DNA of 32,000 nt from Hyphomicrobiales bacterium (GTDB lineage Bacteria > Pseudomonadota > Alphaproteobacteria > Rhizobiales > Rhizobiaceae): positions 21,446-53,445 of the forward strand of contig QEVK01000004.1 in NCBI GenBank assembly GCA_003577315.1, written 5' to 3'. Below, one piece after another: positions 16,457-23,273 of this stretch. The notes beneath the pieces are model-generated. The model was not told where the DNA came from. It saw nothing but the letters and a program-made list of their open reading frames with translations, and made no database searches. Every line of letters begins with the position of its first letter. Within the stretch, counting starts at the first letter, position 1. A program made the position numbers and the translations under genes.

Positions 16457-17395
16457 ATGGCCCGCAAAATGGACAAGATCATCATCACCTGCGCCGTGAC
16501 GGGCGGGGTGCATACGCCCACCATGTCGGACGCGCTGCCGGTGACGCCGGACGAGATCGCCAGCCAGTCGATCGAGGCCGCCGAGGCCGGCGCCTCGATC
16601 ATCCACCTGCACGCCCGCGACCCGCAGACCGGCCGGCCGACGCCGGACCCGGCGGTGTTCATGCAGTTCCTGCCGCGCATCAAGCAGGCGACCGACGCGG
16701 TGGTCAACATCACCACCGGCGGCGGCCTCGGCATGACGGTCGAGGAGCGGCTGGCGGCCGCGCTCGCCGCCGAGCCGGAGATGTGCTCGCTCAACATGGG
16801 CTCGATGAACTTCGCGCTCCACCCGATGGCCGGCAAGTACAAGGAGTGGAAGCACGACTGGGAGAAGCCGTTCCTGGAGGCCAGCGACGACTTCATCTTC
16901 CGCAACACCTTCCGCGACATCGCCCGCATCATCAAGCAGCTCGGCGACGGCTGCGGCACGAAGTTCGAGCACGAGTGCTACGACATCGGCCACCTCTACA
17001 ACCTCGCCCACTTCGTCGACGCCGGGCTGGTGAAGCCGCCCTTCCTGGTGCAGTCGATCTTCGGCATCCTCGGCGGCATCGGCGCGGAGATGGAGAACAT
17101 CATGTTCATGAAGCAGACGGCGGACCGGCTGTTCGGCGACGACTACGTCTGGTCGGTGCTGGCGGCCGGGCGCTACCAGATGCCGTTCGTGACCCAGGCG
17201 GCGATGCTGGGCGGCAACGTCCGCGTCGGGCTGGAGGATTCGCTCAACATCGGCAAGGGCAAGCTCGCCAGCTCCAACGCCGAGCAGGTGCGCAAGGTGC
17301 GGCGCATCCTCGAGGAGCTGGGCTACGAGATCGCCAGCCCCGCCGAGGCGCGCTCCGTGCTCGGCCTCAAGGGCGGCGACATGGTCAAGTTCTAG
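16457..17395 (+). CDS. BKACE-family beta-keto acid cleavage enzyme (DUF849; 3-keto-5-aminohexanoate cleavage enzyme-like)
   Basis: This is the C-terminal 312 aa of the 14237-17395 ORF, starting MARKMDKIIITCAVTGG. It shows IIHLHARDP (Zn His pair), VNITTGGG, NMGSMNF and NVRVGLEDS. Confidence 0.85.
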   Translation: MARKMDKIIITCAVTGGVHTPTMSDALPVTPDEIASQSIEAAEAGASIIHLHARDPQTGRPTPDPAVFMQFLPRIKQATDAVVNITTGGGLGMTVEERLAAALAAEPEMCSLNMGSMNFALHPMAGKYKEWKHDWEKPFLEASDDFIFRNTFRDIARIIKQLGDGCGTKFEHECYDIGHLYNLAHFVDAGLVKPPFLVQSIFGILGGIGAEMENIMFMKQTADRLFGDDYVWSVLAAGRYQMPFVTQAAMLGGNVRVGLEDSLNIGKGKLASSNAEQVRKVRRILEELGYEIASPAEARSVLGLKGGDMVKF

Positions 17396-17409
17396 GACGG
17401 GGCGCGAGG

Positions 17410-18423
17410 ATGCCGGCAAATCCCATCGACGGCTTCGAGGTCGATCCGGCCTCGATCCGCACCGTCGGCCGCGACCTGCAGCGGCCGGAATGCATCCTGG
17501 CCGAGCGCGACGGCTCGCTGTGGGCGGCCGACGCCCGCGGCGGGGTCGTCCACATCGCCCCGGACGGGTCGCAGCGCATCGTCACCCAGACGAGCGGCGC
17601 GGCCTTCGCCAACGCCACCGACGACGCCAGGCGCTTCACCGAGGGCACGCTGCCCAACGGGCTGGCCTTCGCCCGCAACGGCGACATCCTGATCTCCAAT
17701 TTCGGCACCGACCGGCTGGAGGTCATGAAGCGCACCGGCGAGACCGAGGTGCTTCACGACCGCATCGACGGAAGGCCCATCGGCAAGGTCAACTTCGTGC
17801 TGCGCGACAGCAGGGATCGCGTGTGGCTGACGGTGTCCACCACCATCCCGAACTGGATGCAGGCCATCAGCCCCGCCATCCGCGACGGCTTCGTGGCGGT
17901 CGCCGACGACAAGGGCCTGCGCATCGTCGCCGACGGCTTCCACTTCACCAACGAGATCAGGCTCGACGCGAAGGAGGAGTGGCTCTACGTCGTCGAGACC
18001 TGCGGCATGAGGGTGACGCGGCTGCGCGTCGGCGAGGACGGCTCGCTGTCGCAGCGCGAGACCTTCGGCCCCGAAAGCCACGGCGCCTTCATCGACGGCA
18101 TCGCCTTCGACGCCTTCGGCAACCTGTGGGGCACGCATGTGATGACGGACCGCATCTTCGCCATCACGCCGGACGGCGACCTGCGCATCCTGCTCGACGA
18201 CGACAGGGGCTCGCAGGCGGGCAAGGCGCTGATCGAGGCGTTCCACGCCGACCGCGCCACGCCGGAGCTGATGCTGACCTGCGGCGGCGCCATCGCGCCG
18301 TGGATGGCGAGCGTGACCTTCGGCGGGCCGGACCTGCGCAACCTCTATATCGGCAGCCTGCGCGGCACGACGATCCCCTGGTTCCGCGCGCCGGTGGCGG
18401 GCCTGCCGATGGCGCACTGGTAG
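17410..18423 (+). CDS. SMP-30/gluconolactonase/LRE-like beta-propeller protein (putative lactonase/hydrolase)
   Basis: This is 337 aa taken from the 16783-18423 ORF, starting MPANPIDGFEV. It shows PECILAERDGSLWAAD, PNGLAFARNGDILISNFG, TNEIRLDAKEEWLYVVET, DGIAFDAFGNLWGT and LYIGSL. Confidence 0.75.
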   Translation: MPANPIDGFEVDPASIRTVGRDLQRPECILAERDGSLWAADARGGVVHIAPDGSQRIVTQTSGAAFANATDDARRFTEGTLPNGLAFARNGDILISNFGTDRLEVMKRTGETEVLHDRIDGRPIGKVNFVLRDSRDRVWLTVSTTIPNWMQAISPAIRDGFVAVADDKGLRIVADGFHFTNEIRLDAKEEWLYVVETCGMRVTRLRVGEDGSLSQRETFGPESHGAFIDGIAFDAFGNLWGTHVMTDRIFAITPDGDLRILLDDDRGSQAGKALIEAFHADRATPELMLTCGGAIAPWMASVTFGGPDLRNLYIGSLRGTTIPWFRAPVAGLPMAHW

Positions 18424-18442
18424 GGCGGCCGCCGCGACGAGA

Positions 18443-18964
18443 TCATGCGCTGCGGCCCGGGTCGCGGGAGAACAGCGCCGCCGCCAGCGCCTCCGGCACG
18501 TCGCCTGCCCCGGCATGGCGCAGAAAGGCCGCGAGATTGGCCCGCGCCAGCTCCTGCGCGGGCCGGCGCGCAGGCTCCAGCGTTCCGGCCCAGCGATGCA
18601 GCATGGCCTGCTCGACCTGCTCGGCCTCCAGCTCGCGCCGCTTGATCTCCTCGCGCAGCCTCGCGCAACCCTCCTCCTCCATGAAAGGCTGCCGCTTCAT
18701 CCAGCTGCGGGCGGCGCGCAGCGGCAGGATGACGTTCTCGCGCCACGCCCCGATCAGGGCGTCGGCCCGCCCGATCGCCGGGCCGTCGGCCTCCACGCCG
18801 CGCTCGGCCCCCGCCCATAGCCAGAACATCAGCAGGTTCACGTCCACGCCATGGGCGTCCTGGAGCGCCAGGCAGGCCGGCGCCACGCCGGGCACCGCAT
18901 ATGTGCGAAGGCTGAAGCGCCACAGCGGATTGTGAAGGTCGAGCGCGTCCGCACGGTCGCTCAT
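18443..18964 (-). CDS. Conserved hypothetical protein, DUF2390/TIGR02444-like
   Basis: The 173-aa ORF begins MSDRADALDLHNPLWRFSLRTYAVPGVAPACLALQDAHGVDVNLLMFWLWAG. The N-terminal pattern matches my recollection of DUF2390 proteins. Coding looks real (ATG start, normal composition), but the family name is unverified. Confidence 0.5.
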   Translation of the reverse strand: MSDRADALDLHNPLWRFSLRTYAVPGVAPACLALQDAHGVDVNLLMFWLWAGAERGVEADGPAIGRADALIGAWRENVILPLRAARSWMKRQPFMEEEGCARLREEIKRRELEAEQVEQAMLHRWAGTLEPARRPAQELARANLAAFLRHAGAGDVPEALAAALFSRDPGRSA

Positions 18965-19061
18965 GCGCCGGCTCCGTTCCTCGCCGCGGCAGCGGCGGCC
19001 TCATATCGCGGCGGGCAGCCTCCGCCGCAGGCCGATGAATCCATTGCGCTTTCCCGAATCG

Positions 19062-19078
19062 CATAACCCATGGTTATG
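19062..19078. promoter_or_regulatory. Candidate operator upstream of the hydantoinase-like operon
   Basis: A perfect 7-3-7 inverted repeat CATAACC-CAT-GGTTATG lies 91 bp upstream of the ATG at 19169. It sits in the 204-bp divergent region between 18964 and 19169. Confidence 0.3.
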
Positions 19079-19168
19079 ACTCTGCCTCAAACCTGCATTG
19101 GAAGTAGCGGTTGCCTGCCACTATCGTCCCCTTCCTGTCTGCTCTAACAGAAGGGTCAGGGCCGTCGC

Positions 19169-20530
19169 ATGAGTGACTTCGATCTTGTTGTAACCGGCAG
19201 GGTGGTTTGCACAAGCCGGGTGATCGAAAGGGGCTTCGTTGCCGTTCGCGACGGAAAGGTCGTGATGGTCGGCGCCGGCGAGGGGCCGGCCGCGCGCGAC
19301 AGGCAGGATTTCGGCCCGGCCTATGTGCTGCCGGGCGCGATCGACGGGCAGGTGCATTCGCGCTCGCAGAAGGATGTCGAGGGGTTCGCCTGGTCGACGC
19401 GCGCGGCGGCGGCCGGCGGCGTCACCACCGTCGTCGACATGCCCTACGACGACGGCACCCTGATCTGCGACCGCGAGAGCTTCGAGGCCAAGAAGGAGAG
19501 CGCCGGCGAGGAGGCGCGGGTCGATTTCGCGCTCTACGCCACCATCCGCCCGTCCGAGGGCGCGGCGCGCATTGCCGAGCTCGCCGCGGCCGGCGCCAGC
19601 GCGTTCAAGTTCTCCACCTTCGACACGCATCCCGACCGCTTCCCCCGCATTCCCACGCCGCTGCTCTACGAGGCCTTCTGCGCCATCGCGCCGACCGGGC
19701 TCATGGGCGGCGTGCACAACGAGAACGACGAATGCGTGCGCCATTTCTCCGAAAAGGTGCGCGCGGCCGGGCTGGGCGACTATCGCGCCCACGGCATGAG
19801 CCGCCCGCCCGTGACCGAGACGCTGGCGATCGCCGAGGTCTACGAGATCGCGGCGGCCACGGGCTGCCCGGCGCACATCGTCCACTGCTCCGTCGGGCAC
19901 GGCTACGAGATGGCTGCCGCGTATCGGCAGCAGGGCGTGGACGCCACCGTCGAGGCCTGCATCCACTATCTCGTCCTCAGCGAGGAGGACGACGTGGCGC
20001 GCCTGGGCGGCAAGGCCAAGATCAACCCGCCGGTGCGCGTGCGCGCCGAGCGCGAGGCGCTGTGGAGCCATCTCGCCGCCGGCAACGTCACCATCGTCTC
20101 CACCGATCACGTGAGCTGGTCGGAGGACCGCAAGACCGACCCGGACATGCTGAAGAACGCCTCCGGCGTTCCGGGGCTCGAGGTCCTCTACACCCTGCTC
20201 GTCGACGGGCTCCTGGCGCGCGGCCTGCCGCTCACCCATGCGGCGCGGCTGCTGGCGGCGAACCCGGCCCGGCTGTTCCGTATGAGCCATGTCAAGGGCG
20301 CGCTGGAGCCGGGCTGCGATGCGGATATCGTCGTTCTCGGCCATCGTCCCTGCCGCTACGATGCCCGGGCCAGCGGGCACAACTTCGCCGGCTGGAGCCC
20401 CTACGAGGGCATGGAGCTGACGTGGCGGCCGGTCGCCACCTTCGTGCGCGGCCAACTCGTCTTCGACGGCCGCGACGTGCTGGCGCAACCCGGCGACGGC
20501 CGCTTCGTGCGGCCGCCCGAGCTGACGTGA
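19169..20530 (+). CDS. Cyclic amidohydrolase (allantoinase/hydantoinase/dihydroorotase-like) with a variant QxH first metal motif
   Basis: The 453-aa ORF has the beta-1 motif PGAIDGQVHS where HxH is expected. The remaining ligand positions are kept: GASAFKFS (carbamylated Lys position), GGVHNEN, AHIVHCS and IVSTDHVSW. Confidence 0.85.
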   Translation: MSDFDLVVTGRVVCTSRVIERGFVAVRDGKVVMVGAGEGPAARDRQDFGPAYVLPGAIDGQVHSRSQKDVEGFAWSTRAAAAGGVTTVVDMPYDDGTLICDRESFEAKKESAGEEARVDFALYATIRPSEGAARIAELAAAGASAFKFSTFDTHPDRFPRIPTPLLYEAFCAIAPTGLMGGVHNENDECVRHFSEKVRAAGLGDYRAHGMSRPPVTETLAIAEVYEIAAATGCPAHIVHCSVGHGYEMAAAYRQQGVDATVEACIHYLVLSEEDDVARLGGKAKINPPVRVRAEREALWSHLAAGNVTIVSTDHVSWSEDRKTDPDMLKNASGVPGLEVLYTLLVDGLLARGLPLTHAARLLAANPARLFRMSHVKGALEPGCDADIVVLGHRPCRYDARASGHNFAGWSPYEGMELTWRPVATFVRGQLVFDGRDVLAQPGDGRFVRPPELT

Positions 20531-20538
20531 GGACGAGG

Positions 20539-21852
20539 ATGCAGCGCGAAGCCGGCACCGCCCCGGTCCATCCCTCCAACCTGCCGGTCGACGGCGGGCG
20601 CATGTGGAGCGACCTGACGGCGCTGGCCTCCATCACCGAGCCGGACCGCCCGTGGACCCGCCGTTCGTTCACGCCGCGCTTCCTCGAAGGGCGCGCCTGG
20701 CTCGAGCGGCGGTTCCGGGAGGCGGGGCTTTCGACGCGCCTCGACGCGGCGGGCAACCTGATCGGCCGCCGCGAGGGGCGGGTTCCCGGCGCGCCGGCGA
20801 TCATGCTCGGCTCGCATTCCGACACCGTCCCCTCGGGCGGCCGCTTCGACGGCGTCGCCGGGGTGATCGCGGCGCTCGAGGTCGCCCGCGCGCTCGCGGC
20901 GGCCGGCACGGAGCTCGACCACCCGCTGGAGATCGTCGACTTCCTCGCCGAGGAGCCGAGCGAATACGGGCTTTCCTGCGTCGGCAGCCGGGGCATGGCC
21001 GGGGCGCTGGACGGCGGGCTGCTGGAGCTGACCGGGCCGGGCGGCGAGCGGCTCGACGCGGCCATCGACCGCGTCGGCGGCAACGTCGCCGCCCTGGCGC
21101 AGGCGCGGCGCGACGACGTCGCCGCCTTCCTCGAGCTGCACATCGAGCAGGGGCCCGTGCTTGAGGCGACCGGCACGGATGTCGGCATCGTCACCGCCAT
21201 CGTCGGCATCACGCGCCTCGAGATCGTCTTTTCCGGCCAGGCCGGCCATTCCGGCACGACGCCGATGGACCGCAGGCAGGACGCCGGCGTCGCCGGCGCG
21301 CGCGCGATGGTGTGGCTGCGCGACGAGGCGCGCGCGCTCGCCGCGGCCGGCGACGGCTATTTCGTCGCCACGGTCGGCATCGCCGAGGTCAGGCCCGGCG
21401 GCGCCAACGTGGTGCCGGGCGAGATGCGGCTCGTCGTCGACCTGCGCGGCGAGCGGCGCGGGACGATGGAGGATTTCCTGGCGCGGCTCGGCGCGGAAAT
21501 GGCGCGGATCGCCGGGGAGGAGGGCGCGCGCGTGTCGGTGGCGACCCTCTCCGACAGCCTGCCAGCCCATTGCGACGCGACGCTGCGCGCGGCGCTGGCG
21601 GCGAGCGCGCGCAGCCTCGGCGTCTCGTCGCTCGACATGGCCTCCGGCGCCGGTCACGACGCGGCGTTCCTCAGCCGCATCGCGCCCGCGGCGATGGTGT
21701 TCATCCCCTGCCGCGAGGGCAGGAGCCACTGTCCCGAGGAATGGACCGAGCCGGGTCAGCTTGCGGTCGGCGCCAGCGTCCTGCTTGAAGCGGTGCGCGC
21801 GCTCGACGCCCGTCTTTCCCGGCGGGACGCGCCAGGCGGAGAGGAAGCATGA
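20539..21852 (+). CDS. M20-family N-carbamoyl-L-amino-acid / ureido-acid amidohydrolase (AmaB/HyuC/AllC-like)
   Basis: This is 437 aa taken from the 19207-21852 ORF. It shows RRSFTPRFLEGRAWLERRFREAGL, DAAGNLIGRREG, IMLGSHSDTVPSGGRFDGVAGV, FLAEEPSEYG, ELHIEQGPVLE and SGAGHDA. The start could alternatively be the downstream Met of GGRMWSDL. Confidence 0.85.
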   Translation: MQREAGTAPVHPSNLPVDGGRMWSDLTALASITEPDRPWTRRSFTPRFLEGRAWLERRFREAGLSTRLDAAGNLIGRREGRVPGAPAIMLGSHSDTVPSGGRFDGVAGVIAALEVARALAAAGTELDHPLEIVDFLAEEPSEYGLSCVGSRGMAGALDGGLLELTGPGGERLDAAIDRVGGNVAALAQARRDDVAAFLELHIEQGPVLEATGTDVGIVTAIVGITRLEIVFSGQAGHSGTTPMDRRQDAGVAGARAMVWLRDEARALAAAGDGYFVATVGIAEVRPGGANVVPGEMRLVVDLRGERRGTMEDFLARLGAEMARIAGEEGARVSVATLSDSLPAHCDATLRAALAASARSLGVSSLDMASGAGHDAAFLSRIAPAAMVFIPCREGRSHCPEEWTEPGQLAVGASVLLEAVRALDARLSRRDAPGGEEA

Positions 21853-23261
21853 AGGAGGGGCAGGACATGGCGGGCACGGCGCCGTCGCGAAAGGACGAAT
21901 GGACATTCCGGGCCTATCTCGCCGAGCTCGACCGCCGCGGCGAGCTGGCCACCGTCGCCGCGCCGGTGCATGAGGACCCGTTCGGCATCTCCGCCTGCCT
22001 CTCGGCGCTGCATCAGGGGCCGGCCCTGCACTTCACCCATCCCGGCCCGACCGGCCTCACCGTCGCCGGCAACCTGCTCAACTCCATCGACAGGGTGGGG
22101 CTCGGGCTCCGGCTCGACCGCGGCGCGCTGCCGGCGGCGATCGCCTCGGCCATCGGCCGGCCGCTCAGGCCGCGCGAGGTGGCGCGGGGCGCATGCCAGG
22201 AGGTGGAGATGGAGCCGGATCTCGGCCTGCTCCCCATCCCGCGCTTCTTCGAGCACGAGACCGGCCCCTACATCACCGCCGGCTGCATCGTGGCCCGCGA
22301 CAGCCGCACCGGCCTCGGCAACCTGTCCTATGCGCGGCTGAAGCCGCTCGGCCCCGACCGCGCGCTCGTCGGCATCGCGCCCAACCACCACCTGGCGGTG
22401 ATGGCGCGGGCCGCAGCCGCGCGCGGCGAGCGCCTGCCCATCGCCGTCACCGTCGGCAACCATCCCGTCGTCCTGGTGGCGGCCGCCCTCTACCTCAAGC
22501 TGGGCGAGGACGAGATGGAGGTCGCAGGCGCGCTGCAGGGCGCGCCGGTGGGCGTCGTGCGCTGCCGCACGAGCGACCTGCTGGTGCCGGCCGATTGCGA
22601 GGTGGTGATCGAGGGCGAGATCGAGGTCGGCGAGACCGTGGAGGAAGGCCCGGTCAGCGAGTATCACGGCATGTACGAGCGCTACGGCGCCGGCCACGTC
22701 GTCAGGATCACGGCGATCACCCGCCGCCGCGACGCCATCTTCCAGGTCATCGAGCCGGGCTTCCACATCGAGCACCTTTTGATCGGCGGCGTCGCCATCG
22801 CCGCCGGGCTCGAGCAGCACCTCAAGGGCTTCGTCCCCGCGGTGGAGCGCGTCTCCGTGCTCGACAGCGGCTGCGGCCGGCTGTCGGCGGTGGTGGTGCT
22901 TGGGCCGGACCGCAAGCCCGGCGACCCCGTCAAGGCGATCATGGGCGCGCTGTCGGCCGTCAACCTCATCAAGCAGGTCACGGTGGTCGACAACGACATC
23001 GACCCCTGGGACGAGTTCCAGGTGCAGTACGCCGTCGCCACCCGCATGCGCGCCGATCGCGACATCGTCGTCGTGCCCGGGGCGCGCACCGACCGCTCCG
23101 AGCCGATGAAGCTCGGCGGCACCATCGCCAAATACGGCTTCGACGCCACCAGGCACGCCGAGGATCGCGACGACTGGACGCCGGCCCGCGCGCCGGCGGA
23201 CGCCTACCGGGACGCGGCGCCGATCATCGACGCCATACGCGCCGGCAAGCGCAGGATCTGA
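21849..23261 (+). CDS. UbiD-family (prFMN-dependent) decarboxylase/carboxylase homologue
   Basis: The 470-aa ORF shows LAELDRRGELATV, GPYITAGCIVARDSRTGLGNLSYAR, PNHHLAV, GEDEMEVAGAL, EEGPVSEYHGMY and VTVVDNDIDPWD. The ATG at 21849 overlaps the upstream stop as ATGA. The alternative ATG at 21867 has a stronger SD (AGGAGG, 8-nt spacer). Confidence 0.85.
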   Translation: MKEGQDMAGTAPSRKDEWTFRAYLAELDRRGELATVAAPVHEDPFGISACLSALHQGPALHFTHPGPTGLTVAGNLLNSIDRVGLGLRLDRGALPAAIASAIGRPLRPREVARGACQEVEMEPDLGLLPIPRFFEHETGPYITAGCIVARDSRTGLGNLSYARLKPLGPDRALVGIAPNHHLAVMARAAAARGERLPIAVTVGNHPVVLVAAALYLKLGEDEMEVAGALQGAPVGVVRCRTSDLLVPADCEVVIEGEIEVGETVEEGPVSEYHGMYERYGAGHVVRITAITRRRDAIFQVIEPGFHIEHLLIGGVAIAAGLEQHLKGFVPAVERVSVLDSGCGRLSAVVVLGPDRKPGDPVKAIMGALSAVNLIKQVTVVDNDIDPWDEFQVQYAVATRMRADRDIVVVPGARTDRSEPMKLGGTIAKYGFDATRHAEDRDDWTPARAPADAYRDAAPIIDAIRAGKRRI

Positions 23262-23273
23262 CGAGGGAGCGAC

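Noticed and set aside
14237-17395. Very long plus-strand fused ORFs: 14237-17395 (1052 aa), 19207-21852 (881 aa), 22193-26023 (1276 aa), 16783-18423, 13857-15635 and 27478-29052
   Set aside because: Only the C-terminal portion of each has protein-like sequence and a proper ATG with RBS. The N-terminal parts are out-of-frame read-through over neighbouring genes and are Arg/Pro/Gly-rich. The genes were trimmed to internal starts at 16457, 20539, 24368, 17410, 14319 and 27736.
19099-19114. A sigma-54-like element TGGAAG-N6-TTGC upstream of the operon at 19169
   Set aside because: The GG-to-GC spacing is one base longer than the strict -24/-12 geometry (TGGCAC-N5-TTGC). The -24 box matches poorly, and no enhancer-binding-protein gene is nearby.
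19169-21852. Reading the first two operon genes as a plain allantoin pathway (allB + allC)
   Set aside because: I did not adopt this as the primary call. The genes are tightly coupled to UbiD, DUF917 and a HutU paralogue, which have no role in allantoin degradation, and the amidohydrolase has an atypical QxH motif. It cannot be excluded without phylogeny and is kept as the main alternative hypothesis.
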